A stretch of 64,000 nt of DNA from Fimbriimonadales bacterium (GTDB lineage Bacteria; Armatimonadota; Fimbriimonadia; Fimbriimonadales; ATM1): NCBI GenBank assembly GCA_051003155.1, contig JBPCLO010000031.1:64001-128000 (forward strand), given 5' to 3'. The notes under the pieces were generated by a model. It was not told the origin of the DNA and ran no database searches. It saw nothing but the letters and a program-made list of their open reading frames with translations. Of the stretch, positions 1 through 9,564 are shown one piece after another. Within the stretch, counting starts at the first letter, position 1, and every line of letters starts with the position of its first letter. The translations under genes and the position numbers were made by a program.

Positions 1-346
1 AAATGAGCATCGCCCAAAACGCGATCTCTCCCGAAAAACGTCTCCGAGCGAACGCCGCGACCACCGCGAGCGTGCCGACAGTGGCCAAAACGCTCGGAAC
101 GCGCAGGGCCGCTTCGCCCGGAATCCCGAGCTTTACCATGGCCATCGCCGCCCAATAGACGAGGATCGGCTTCTCGAAGAACGGCTGCCCGCGCAGGGTG
201 ACCATTATCCACTCGTCGTTCCGAAGCATTTCCGCCGTCGCCGCCGCGTAGATGCCCTCGTCGAGGTCGAAAAGTCCGTAAGACCAGAAGCCGACGAACA
301 TAAGGGCGACGAATGACCAAGCCAAGACCCACGCGCGCCGATCCAT
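1..346 (-). CDS. Glycosyltransferase family 39 / ArnT-like (5' part; runs off window)
   Basis: Manual translation from ATG 346: MDRRAW...LFDLDEGIYAAATAEMLRNDEWIMVTLRGQPFFEKPILVYW, the typical ArnT N-terminal DE and F-EKP motifs. Confidence 0.85.
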   Translation of the reverse strand, partial: MDRRAWVLAWSFVALMFVGFWSYGLFDLDEGIYAAATAEMLRNDEWIMVTLRGQPFFEKPILVYWAAMAMVKLGIPGEAALRVPSVLATVGTLAVVAAFARRRFSGEIAFWAMLI

Positions 347-394
347 TGCGCCAGATGTTACTACCTGGGCCGTTAAACAACGTAAAATACGGAC

Positions 395-1867
395 ATGGGC
401 GCTTTGGGTCAGCGAGCCTTCGGAATAGAGACCGAATTCGGATGCCTAGTCGGCGACGACTCCACGGGCGGCTACGAGGCCGTCGTCGAATCGGTCAAGG
501 ACCACGTCTTCCACGATCAGAAGCTCGGCGCTATCGACCGCCATCCCCGCGACGAAGCTTTCGAACCCGCATACAGCGGTGGCTTCCTAATTAATGGAGC
601 GCGGCTTTATGTTGACGCCGTCGGTTCGCACGAAGAATACGCCACCGCCGAATGCCGCGACATATTCGACCTCACGGCCAACGATCGCGCCGGCCACCGC
701 ATCTTAGTCCGCGCCCTGAGAGAACTCGGCCTCGACGAAACCTGCAGCTTCTATAACAATAGCGTCGACCACTTCGGCGGCCACACGTTCGGCTGCCACG
801 AGAACTATCTCGTCCACTCCAACGACCGCTTCCTCAACGAATCTGTCCACTACCTCTATCCGTTCTTGGTGACGCGCCAGATCTACGCCGGCGTCGGGCG
901 CGTTGGCGGCCACATCATCGACTTCGCCGGCTCGCGGCCGAACTACCGGGACGTTTCGCGCAACCCCGTCGACTACATCTGGGTCAGTAATGTTTACGCC
1001 GTTCAGCCGGATCATGATGTAGAGTTTCAGCTCAGTCAGCGCGCGGACCATATCATCAAGGCTATCGCCAGCCGAGTCCGCTTCAACCGCGCGCTGATCA
1101 ACCCCAAGTGGGAGGCGTTCTACGGCCAGGGAAACACCACGCGCCTCCACCTTCTCTTCGGCGAAGCGAACCAGATGGAGTTCGCTTATGCCTTGAAGGT
1201 GGGGACGACTTGCTTGGTTCTCGACCTCATCGAAGACCACCTCATCCCGGAGCGCCTCCGACTCCTCGATCCGCTCACCGCATTACGCGACGTCAGCCGC
1301 GATGCCGATTACCGATGGATCGTCGAACTCGAAGACAAGAGCACGATAGGCGCGATCGACCTCCACCGGGAGTACCTCCGCTTAGCCGAGAAGTACCGCG
1401 GCCGCGACGAGCAGGCCGACTGGTCGCTCGACAACTGGACGGCAACGCTCGACCAGCTCGAGAAAGACCCCATGGCACTGCACGACCGGCTCGACTGGGT
1501 GGCAAAGAAGAAGATCGTCGAGGAGTACATGGCAGAAACCGGCGTGGGCTGGGGCGACGACTCGCTCCATTCGGTCGACCTCGAGTATCACAACATCGAT
1601 ACCGAGAAAAGCCTCTACCACGCACTTCTCGAAATGGGCCGCGTGCACCGCGTGATCGACGAAGTCGCCATCGTGGAAGCGATGACCGAACCGCCGAAGA
1701 ACACCCGCGCCTACGGCCGGTCGCAGCTGGTGAAATGGCTGATCGCCGAGCGCGCGCCCAGCTACTGGGTCGATTGGGACGCGGTCTACCTCGACCGCCA
1801 GACGGTCATCGAACTCCCCGATCCGCTCAGGACGTATTCGAACGCAACGGAGGCGTTGCGTAAGTAA
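395..1867 (+). CDS. pafA: Pup--protein ligase family (PafA-like)
   Basis: GIETEFG, NGARLYVDAVGSHEEYATAEC, GCHENY, RLHLLFGEAN, LKVGTT motifs; VGSH-x-EYATAEC is closer to PafA than to Dop. Confidence 0.85.
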   Translation: MGALGQRAFGIETEFGCLVGDDSTGGYEAVVESVKDHVFHDQKLGAIDRHPRDEAFEPAYSGGFLINGARLYVDAVGSHEEYATAECRDIFDLTANDRAGHRILVRALRELGLDETCSFYNNSVDHFGGHTFGCHENYLVHSNDRFLNESVHYLYPFLVTRQIYAGVGRVGGHIIDFAGSRPNYRDVSRNPVDYIWVSNVYAVQPDHDVEFQLSQRADHIIKAIASRVRFNRALINPKWEAFYGQGNTTRLHLLFGEANQMEFAYALKVGTTCLVLDLIEDHLIPERLRLLDPLTALRDVSRDADYRWIVELEDKSTIGAIDLHREYLRLAEKYRGRDEQADWSLDNWTATLDQLEKDPMALHDRLDWVAKKKIVEEYMAETGVGWGDDSLHSVDLEYHNIDTEKSLYHALLEMGRVHRVIDEVAIVEAMTEPPKNTRAYGRSQLVKWLIAERAPSYWVDWDAVYLDRQTVIELPDPLRTYSNATEALRK

Positions 1868-1871
1868 GCCC

Positions 1872-1972
1872 GTGGCGCCGGCATCCTGCCGGCCCTGCTC
1901 CCCCAAACTTCGCAAATGAGCGTCTCGCTAAGCCTAGCGGGAATCCAGGTGCCGGCAGGATGCCGGCGCTAC
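1872..1972. repeat. REP doublet (REPIN-like inverted pair)
   Basis: GTGGCGCCGGCATCCTGCCGGC (1872-1893) and its near-perfect inverse GCCGGCAGGATGCCGGCGCTAC (1951-1972); GTRG tetranucleotide plus internal palindrome. Confidence 0.75.
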
Positions 1973-2040
1973 AGATCAGCCAAAAAACCTTTCGACACCC
2001 CTTCAAAAATTAGCCTCCGTTGTGCCAAGATATTTAGCAT

Positions 2041-2718
2041 ATGAAAATATCACGGATGATGGCCGCCGGGCTTCTAATTGCCTGCGGCGTTTCTGCGTCT
2101 GCACACCGCCGCTACTTCGCCTACACGTACGACTGGTTTACGCCTTCGATGAACGAGAAGGAACTCGAGCTTTACTGGACCCAGAAGGAGGGCGGCGACG
2201 CGACGGCTCAGATTGAGTTCGAATACGGCATCACCGACCGCTGGATGGTGGCGCCGTATGCGATTTTCTCCCACACCGACGGCGAGGTCGACTTCGAGGG
2301 CTGGAAGCTCGAAACGCGCTACCGCTTCGGCGATTTCGCTTACGACACACTGATGCCGGGCATCTACTTCGAGGTCAAGAAAGTGGAGGGCGAAGACGCC
2401 ACCGCCGAGGCCAAGCTGATCACCACGTTGATGACGCAATCGGGCTTGATCTGGTCCGCCAACCTAGTCGCAGAGACCGCCCTCGACGGCGACGAGAAGG
2501 TGGAGTGGGCGTATGTCACAGGAATTGCGCAGCGAATGAGCGAGAGACTGCATCTTGGCTTCGAGTTCAAGGGCCACCTAGTGGAAGACGGCCACTCCGC
2601 CGGCCCGTCCTTCGCGTACAGCCTCTCACCGAACCAAAAGCTCTTCGGCACAGCGCTCTTCAGCTACCCAGGCGGAGGCAAACACGAATTCCGCGTGCTC
2701 TTCGAACACGAGTTCTAG
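2041..2718 (+). CDS. Secreted putative outer-membrane beta-barrel protein
   Basis: Signal peptide ending ASA, alternating beta-strand pattern, C-terminal Phe (FEHEF). Confidence 0.7.
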   Translation: MKISRMMAAGLLIACGVSASAHRRYFAYTYDWFTPSMNEKELELYWTQKEGGDATAQIEFEYGITDRWMVAPYAIFSHTDGEVDFEGWKLETRYRFGDFAYDTLMPGIYFEVKKVEGEDATAEAKLITTLMTQSGLIWSANLVAETALDGDEKVEWAYVTGIAQRMSERLHLGFEFKGHLVEDGHSAGPSFAYSLSPNQKLFGTALFSYPGGGKHEFRVLFEHEF

Positions 2719-2811
2719 GCGTTAATCGTCGTCATCCGGAAATGTTCCTGCCCGAGAATGTGACGTGATGACAAGAACCTTTTGTCTCGCATTGACATTG
2801 CGTAGCGACCG

Positions 2812-5800
2812 GTGCTAGAGTTCCATCAGCCTGGTAACCCCCACAGGCTCAAAGAGATATTAGTGGAAAGGAAGTGGTTTCGTCCGGCCGCCATTCTCGT
2901 TATTTGCGCCATGGCTTTGCAGGCCTGCTCCGCTGGGATCGGTGCGGGCTTTTCGGCTATTGCATCGCTTCTCGTCGATCCACATGAGCCGTTCACGGAT
3001 TCGCCGCACCCTGCTTACCTTGGCAGGAGTCCCGGGCGCGCGGTCCGGCTGCGAGGGGGTTTCTTTAACGAGCGCACGCGAGAGGCGGCGGACCGGGCCA
3101 GTGACCGCTGGCAGGGAGACGGCGGCGGCTTGCTATACGCTATGTCGGGAGGGTACGCCGCGCCGCTAGTGCCCCCCGCCGGAGGCGGCGGGGCAGGATT
3201 GCCGGGAGAGGGGCAGTCGGGCGGGCGCCAAGGCTCCCTCGGCGGTGTCGTCAACACGCACAACGGTAACTACCTTAAGGACCTCACTCTGTTCGAGTTT
3301 CCTTGCAGGGGCGGCAGGCTCGACGTCGACTTCACCCTGTATCACAACAGCTTGGGCGACTACAACATCGAACTCGGCCACAGCTGGAGCTTCACATACG
3401 ATGCGAGGATCGAGATCGAGGGATCCGGATTCGGAGAGACCGCGACCATTCGCGGGGGAACGGGCTCGGTGGTTGCATTCGAAGACAACGACGGTGACGG
3501 CACGTTCGTTCGGCCGCCTGGCGTCTTTGACGATCTCATCAAGCTTCCCAACGGCACATACCAGGTGACCACCCACGATCAGGTCAAAGCCGTGTTCACG
3601 AAACCTACCGGTATTCCGTCCTATTGCCTCACGAGCCTCGAAGATCGCAACGGAAATATCGTCATGGTCTCGATCAGCAGCTCCGGCCAGGTGACCGACC
3701 CCACTGGCAGGCAAGTGATCATCGCGTACATCGGATCGAAGATCGACACGATCACAGATCCGGCGAACAGGGTCTGGAAGTTCCATTACGACCCGATCTT
3801 CGGCCAGGACCTCGTCAAGATCGACTACCCATCCCTCAATGCTCAAATCCACTCGGTGGAGCTCGGATACGACACCGACCACAACATCACTTCGTACAAG
3901 GACCTCAACGGCAAGATTTGGTCGCTGATCTATGAGAACGACAAGGTCCGCACGATTACGGAGCCCACAACCGACTTCACGAGAACGACTGAGTACATCT
4001 ACACCGATACGTATACCGACATCAAGAACTCGGACGCGACGACGCAACGGCACAACTATGGCAGGAACGAACTCCTTACCAGTGAAGTAGACGAGGCCGG
4101 CTACAGCTTCAACTACATGGCGTACAACACGAACAGGCTTCCGCTCACTATTAAGGACCAGAGGAACAAAACCTGGACGTACACGTACGACACGGACGGA
4201 AACGCGCTTACGAGGAAGAACCCATACCTCAAAATCTGGACGTCCACATATACGCCAAAGAACGATCTCGATACCGCGAAGAACCCGTACAACGAGACCT
4301 GGAACTACGACTACGACTCGCGCGGAAACCTCGAGAAAGTATTCGATCCGTCGCCAGCGCCGAAGCGGCTCGTCTACAACCACTACGACGCGAACGGCCA
4401 GATGGACTGGACTAAAGACGCCTACGACAACCAGACGACCTTCGAGTACGACGCCCACGGCAACCTCGACCTTGTTCGCGACCCGAATCTAAAAGAAACC
4501 ACGGCGGATTACGACGTCTTGGGAAGGATCGAGTGGGTGAAAGACCCGCTCCTGCACCAATCCACGCTTCACTACGACGAGTGGGGGCGGATGTGGAAGC
4601 TCGACCACCCTCCCGTCGGAGGCGTAACCCACAGCATCCAATACCAGTTCGACAAGCTGGATCAAGTGACGCAAGTCACCGATGAACGCGGGAAGGTTTC
4701 GTTCTTCACCTACGACGAGGCGAGCAGGCCGAAGACCCACACCAACGCCGAAAACGAGCTGGAGACGAACCTCTACAACCTGCGCGGGCTGTTGTGGAAA
4801 GTCACCAACGGACGGGGATACACGCGGACCTATACCTACAACGTTCGCGGCGAGCCATACCGCCTGGCGATGCCCGACAACCAATCCGAAGGCTGGGGCT
4901 ACGACGGCAACGGGAACACGACGTATCACGACTACCAGTTCGCCACGGTTGAGATCACCAACTTCGTGTATGACGACGCGAACCGGATGACGGAGCGAAA
5001 CGGCGTCGCGGGTCAAATCCACAGCTATGGCTACGACGATTCGGATCGCCAGACCTCGATGGCGGACGCGAGCGGGACGACCACTTGGGAGTACTGGCCG
5101 GACTCGCAGGAGAAGCGGATGGTTTCTCCGCAGGGCGCAGTTCGAAGGACGTACGACGGCGCAGCGCGGCTCCATAAGATCATCGAGGAGGGCACGGTTC
5201 CCGAGATCGAGACGGTGCATGCCTATGACATCGCGGGCAGGCTCGACACGGTCACCAAAGACGGCCAGTTGACGGACTTCCAGTATGATGATGCTTCGCG
5301 CCTCTTCAAATTGGTCTACCCGAATTTGAGTTACGCGCAGTACACGTACGACGAGAGGGACCGCGCCAAGCTCATCGAGCATAAGACCGTGGGGCACGCC
5401 CTCATCGACAAAGAGGACAACACCTACGACCCCGCGAGCAACATCACCCAGAGAATCTCGGGCGGTGTCACGACGACGTTCGGCTACGACAACATCAACC
5501 AGCTCGAATCCGAGACGAACACGACGGGCTATAGCGCGGGCTACACGTACGACGAAAATGGCAACCGGGACCTCATGGTTCTTGGCGGCGTCACGTACGA
5601 CTACGTCTACGACGCGGGCGACAAACTGACCTCGATCACATGGGCCGGCGGGAGCCAAAGCCGGAATTTCACATACGACCTCGCCGGCAGGACGAAGACC
5701 TCGACCCTAAGCGGCGTCGGGACGACGACGTACAACTGGAACGCCTACGACCGTCTGACGAGCGTCGTCGCGCCCGGTGGGACTGAGACTTTCACCTACA

Positions 5801-6705
5801 ATGGCGCGGACACGCGCGTTACCCGAACCGCGTCGGGGACGACGACCAGCTACAAGCGAAGCGGCGCGGGCCAGACCGACCCGGTGCTTTCGGAAATACA
5901 GGGCGGCAGCACCACCGTCCGCTACCTGTCGGGAATCTCCGAGAAGCGAGCGGGCACAAGCACCTACTACCACTCCGGCATCAAGAACACGATCCTGCAA
6001 ACGGGAACCGCGAACGCCACCAAGCGCTACGACGCCTTCGGCAACCAGCTCGCTGCGAGCGGCACGTGGAACGGCCCTTTCGCCTACGGCGGGCCCTTTG
6101 GATACCAAGCGGATTCGAACCTCCAGCTTCTCGGGGATCGCTACTACGATGGGTCTATCGGCAGATTCCTGACCCGCGACTCGGCAAAGGAGGGGCGGAA
6201 TTGGTATTCGTACTGTGCGAACAACCCGATCATCGCCGCAGACATTGATGGGAATCGGGTTACGTATGTTTATAAACTCTACGTTTGGTTAACAGGCAAG
6301 TTCCTGAAGAATGGAATAACTAGGAGACCGGGACCGCGTGAGCTGGAGCAAAACCGCCACTTTGGCACGAGAACTAAACTAAAACTGGTTGCGGAGTACC
6401 ACGACGATATTCCTGACGGCACGCGATATGGGAAGCAAAACCGAGAGGCCCTGGATCACGAACGACGACTGAACGAAACAGAGCCTGGTCCGCACAATAA
6501 TGAAAGATACTTGGGGGCCAAGGGCAAGCTCTTGTTAGCACTCCTGTCAATCCTAACCCTTGATCCTATCGGTGCGGGAGAAGCTGGTGCTGGGGGAATC
6601 GAACCATACATCGAGGATGCCCGCAGCTCGTTCGACAAGAAGCGCCGGGGCAAGACGGGCATGTCAGACAAGGAGCTTGAGGAGCTTACCGGTTACACGG
6701 GGTAG
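2812..6705 (+). CDS. RHS/YD-repeat polymorphic toxin with Tox-URI2-like C-terminal nuclease (start uncertain)
   Basis: Many YD repeats; RHS core RYYDGSIGRFLTRD...NWYSYCANNPIIAADIDG; lower-GC tip YVYKLY...GKFLKNGIT...ERRLNETEPGPHNNE. Confidence 0.9.
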   Translation: MLEFHQPGNPHRLKEILVERKWFRPAAILVICAMALQACSAGIGAGFSAIASLLVDPHEPFTDSPHPAYLGRSPGRAVRLRGGFFNERTREAADRASDRWQGDGGGLLYAMSGGYAAPLVPPAGGGGAGLPGEGQSGGRQGSLGGVVNTHNGNYLKDLTLFEFPCRGGRLDVDFTLYHNSLGDYNIELGHSWSFTYDARIEIEGSGFGETATIRGGTGSVVAFEDNDGDGTFVRPPGVFDDLIKLPNGTYQVTTHDQVKAVFTKPTGIPSYCLTSLEDRNGNIVMVSISSSGQVTDPTGRQVIIAYIGSKIDTITDPANRVWKFHYDPIFGQDLVKIDYPSLNAQIHSVELGYDTDHNITSYKDLNGKIWSLIYENDKVRTITEPTTDFTRTTEYIYTDTYTDIKNSDATTQRHNYGRNELLTSEVDEAGYSFNYMAYNTNRLPLTIKDQRNKTWTYTYDTDGNALTRKNPYLKIWTSTYTPKNDLDTAKNPYNETWNYDYDSRGNLEKVFDPSPAPKRLVYNHYDANGQMDWTKDAYDNQTTFEYDAHGNLDLVRDPNLKETTADYDVLGRIEWVKDPLLHQSTLHYDEWGRMWKLDHPPVGGVTHSIQYQFDKLDQVTQVTDERGKVSFFTYDEASRPKTHTNAENELETNLYNLRGLLWKVTNGRGYTRTYTYNVRGEPYRLAMPDNQSEGWGYDGNGNTTYHDYQFATVEITNFVYDDANRMTERNGVAGQIHSYGYDDSDRQTSMADASGTTTWEYWPDSQEKRMVSPQGAVRRTYDGAARLHKIIEEGTVPEIETVHAYDIAGRLDTVTKDGQLTDFQYDDASRLFKLVYPNLSYAQYTYDERDRAKLIEHKTVGHALIDKEDNTYDPASNITQRISGGVTTTFGYDNINQLESETNTTGYSAGYTYDENGNRDLMVLGGVTYDYVYDAGDKLTSITWAGGSQSRNFTYDLAGRTKTSTLSGVGTTTYNWNAYDRLTSVVAPGGTETFTYNGADTRVTRTASGTTTSYKRSGAGQTDPVLSEIQGGSTTVRYLSGISEKRAGTSTYYHSGIKNTILQTGTANATKRYDAFGNQLAASGTWNGPFAYGGPFGYQADSNLQLLGDRYYDGSIGRFLTRDSAKEGRNWYSYCANNPIIAADIDGNRVTYVYKLYVWLTGKFLKNGITRRPGPRELEQNRHFGTRTKLKLVAEYHDDIPDGTRYGKQNREALDHERRLNETEPGPHNNERYLGAKGKLLLALLSILTLDPIGAGEAGAGGIEPYIEDARSSFDKKRRGKTGMSDKELEELTGYTG

Positions 6706-6716
6706 CCAGTCTGATC

Positions 6717-7532
6717 GTGGCGAACACAAAACGTGGGCCAGGGGCAAGCGACGGGAAGGGTCGAAAGCCTGGCGAGTATTCAGCCATAACCGTCGGCTTC
6801 TCAGTGATCACGCTGGGACCGGAGTTTGACGAGTACCGACGGTTTCGCGACGTTGACCACCTGTGCATAGCCGCTGAGTCGACAGCCGATGATGCTGGGG
6901 TTGCACGACAGAGGGCGCTCGAGGTGATACTGCAATTGATATTTGAGGGTTCTATTTCAAAGCTCGAACAGATGCAGGATGATATGAAATCGAGCTACAG
7001 CCGTGCTTGGAATAGCGCGAGCACACCAATCCAAGTTCCGATCGAGTTGGTTTGCTCCCGAGATGGTGAGTTCAGGCCGCGCCTAGTCGCCCTAATCAGA
7101 CGTGGCGCTGCGGAACTTGCTGCGCACCTTGATCGCAAACGCGTCGTAGTAACCGGACCGCAACTACAAGAAATCATGGAGCGCATTCTGCAGAAATATC
7201 TAGAAGTCCCATCCCCGTTGCCACCAACCCACTACGAGGACCTACGGCGGAAACACGCTGACGAGCCTATTTCCGGGCCGGAGGTTGTAAACTACTACGT
7301 CTACTTCAAAAATAAGCCCTGCGCAATCGCCTTTGCGAAATCTGCCGCTGTGGAAGGACTCACCTCTGAAGTGGGCAAGCGAGAGAAGGAGTGGCTGTGC
7401 GTACTTAGCAAGACTGTCTATGTCAACCGAATTGATGCACAGGAAACTGCGAGAATCGAGAGACTCGCCGAGGAGTTCGACGGCGATTTCGACGGATGGG
7501 ACATCGGTCCTGAGCCTCCACAAGTGATGTAA
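6717..7532 (+). CDS. Putative immunity protein with C-terminal RraB-like domain
   Basis: 11 bp after the toxin stop, same low GC; C-terminal YYVYF...WLCVLSK...ERLAEEFDGDFDGWD resembles RraB. Confidence 0.65.
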   Translation: MANTKRGPGASDGKGRKPGEYSAITVGFSVITLGPEFDEYRRFRDVDHLCIAAESTADDAGVARQRALEVILQLIFEGSISKLEQMQDDMKSSYSRAWNSASTPIQVPIELVCSRDGEFRPRLVALIRRGAAELAAHLDRKRVVVTGPQLQEIMERILQKYLEVPSPLPPTHYEDLRRKHADEPISGPEVVNYYVYFKNKPCAIAFAKSAAVEGLTSEVGKREKEWLCVLSKTVYVNRIDAQETARIERLAEEFDGDFDGWDIGPEPPQVM

Positions 7533-7693
7533 TGGCTGGGAGATCAACCGCCCGCCTGCGTGGGCGTGACCTGCAATTGACCTCTAATTTCGATGCCGAG
7601 AGTCGTGTCTGGACTTCGGACGGGTGGTGGGCGGGCGGTCTGGGTTGTACTCGGACCGGGCTGGGTGGTCCGGGTGGTGTGAAGCCTCTCCCC

Positions 7694-7767
7694 GGGTGGC
7701 ACGGCCAGATTCGCGTGAACCGCTTTCGAGTCTTGAGTCCCCTTCGAGCGAATCTGACCGTGGGCGG
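7694..7767 (+). repeat. REP-like hairpin, same family as the RAYT-flanking elements at 52950 and 53630
   Basis: GGGTGGCACGGCCAGATTCGC...GCGAATCTGACCGTGGGCGG; the arms match the reverse complement of 53630-53700. Confidence 0.8.
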
Positions 7768-8136
7768 GCGTCGCAATCGTGATGCCATGGGGGTTCCATA
7801 CCGTGTGGCCTCCAAGGGTGAAGGGGATCGCAAGTGGCAAGAACCGAATCGCGCTGCGGTTTACTATCGCCGCTGCGGACTCCCGAAGTGATAGGGTCTT
7901 GCCACTTAAGGGTTCGTCCGGAAGCCCCGCCGAACTGAGTGAATGCTTCGGTCACACCAGCAAACTGGCCGATGCGGAAACTTCCTAAACCAAAGCAACT
8001 TCCCGAAATCACAGCCAAAGGAAAAGACCAGAAAGTTCGAAAGAATCTAGCCTCAACCGAACTGCCCGCAGCTTCCCACGATCCCAAAGACAAAGGACAA
8101 AAAATCAGGTAAACAATAATTAACGATGAATCGGCG

Positions 8137-9564
8137 TCACCTCGCCGCCGCCGGGGCGACTTGCCTTAGTGGCACCAGGCGGCCGTGGCTGGAAACACCA
8201 TGTGGGGCGGCGTAGAGGTCGTATTCGGCCGCAGCGCTGACGATCGTTTCGGTGATCGAGCCTGAGGGGAGATCTCCTTCGACGTACACTAGGCCGTCGA
8301 TCTCGGGGGCGTCGCGGTGGCTTCGGCCGAAGGACCATTCGTTTTCGATCCCATCGTTAAGGTTCCCCCTGCTGCGCAAGGGGAATCTTTCCGGAACCTG
8401 GCCCTCGATCAATACGGGAAGTTTGCGGCCGATCCAGGAGCGGTTGACGGCGAGGGAGATTGCTTGCTGGGCTTCCATGAGGCGGCCGTATCGCTCCTGC
8501 TTGATTCGCTCCGGAACTTGGCAGGGCAAGTCGTAGCTCGGCGTTCCCGGCTCTCGCGAGAACAGGAATGCGCCGACGCGATCCAAGCAGGCCTCGCGCA
8601 GGAAGGCGAGCAGGTATAAGAAGTGCTCCTCCGTCTCGCCTGGAAAACCGACGATGAACGTCGTGCGGATTGCGGCATCGGGCATCGCTTTGCGCAGCCT
8701 CTCGAAGACGCGCAGGTACCGCTCGCCCTCCCACGGGCGCTTCATCGCGCGCAGGATTTCGGGATGGACGTGCTGCAACGGCACATCGATGTAGTTGCAG
8801 ACTTTGGGCAGCGACGCCATCGTATCGATTACCTCGTCGGTCAGGCGGTTCGGGTAGCAATAGAGCAGTCGAATCCAGTCGACGTCGACTTCGGAAAGTT
8901 CTCGCAAGAGGCGCGGCATGGTGAACTCGCGGTAGAGGTCGTAGCCGTATTGCGTTACGTCTTGGGCGATGAGGTTGATCTCGCGCGCGCCGGTCTTGGC
9001 GAGGTGCCGAGCCTCGGCGAGTACGCGCTCGATCGGCTTGCTTTGGTGGGCGCCACGGAAGCTCGGGATGGTGCAGAAGGTGCAGCGGTGGTCGCAGCCT
9101 TCGCTGACTTTGAGGTATGCGCTCCAGGGAGCGCCGGTTCGGGCTCGGGTCGGGACGTCGGCCCACAAGTGCTGGGGAGGGGCGACCGCCGACTGCCTAC
9201 TGACGGCTGCCGGCTTCTCCAGAATGTCTGCGAAGCGCGCCATTTGCCCGACGCCGACGTAGGAGTCAGCGCCGGGGGCTACGCGTTCGAGGTCTGCGCC
9301 GAGGCGCTGGGCGAGGCATCCGGCGACGATGACTCTGCCGGTCTTCCCCGCTCTCTTGTCGCGGACGGCTTCTTTAATCGTCTCGATGCTCTCGCGTTTG
9401 GCCGCCTCGAGGAACCCGCAGGTGTTGATAATGGTGACGTCGCAGGTGTCAGCGTCGCCGTCGAGGTCGTAACCGGCCTTGGCGAGGACGCCCGCGATCT
9501 CTTCGGAGTCAACTTCGTTCTTGGCGCATCCGAGCGTGATGATCCGGACGTTTTGCTTCGGCAT
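8137..9564 (-). CDS. rimO: Ribosomal protein S12 methylthiotransferase RimO
   Basis: TLGCAKNEVDSE, NTCGFL, radical SAM CDHRCTFC, C-terminal TRAM with GRSHRDAPEIDG. Confidence 0.95.
   Translation of the reverse strand: MPKQNVRIITLGCAKNEVDSEEIAGVLAKAGYDLDGDADTCDVTIINTCGFLEAAKRESIETIKEAVRDKRAGKTGRVIVAGCLAQRLGADLERVAPGADSYVGVGQMARFADILEKPAAVSRQSAVAPPQHLWADVPTRARTGAPWSAYLKVSEGCDHRCTFCTIPSFRGAHQSKPIERVLAEARHLAKTGAREINLIAQDVTQYGYDLYREFTMPRLLRELSEVDVDWIRLLYCYPNRLTDEVIDTMASLPKVCNYIDVPLQHVHPEILRAMKRPWEGERYLRVFERLRKAMPDAAIRTTFIVGFPGETEEHFLYLLAFLREACLDRVGAFLFSREPGTPSYDLPCQVPERIKQERYGRLMEAQQAISLAVNRSWIGRKLPVLIEGQVPERFPLRSRGNLNDGIENEWSFGRSHRDAPEIDGLVYVEGDLPSGSITETIVSAAAEYDLYAAPHGVSSHGRLVPLRQVAPAAAR

Noticed and set aside
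1868..2040. Pup/UBact small ORF next to pafA
   Set aside because: No ORF ending in GGE/GGQ or R-x-GE seen; the region is a REP doublet
3166..5658. Long antisense ORFs (here and opposite rimO, dnaX and others)
   Set aside because: Shadow frames of GC-rich genes with no motifs
7779..8130. RAYT remnant or orphan toxin tip after the REP-like hairpin
   Set aside because: The short ORFs show no recognisable motifs
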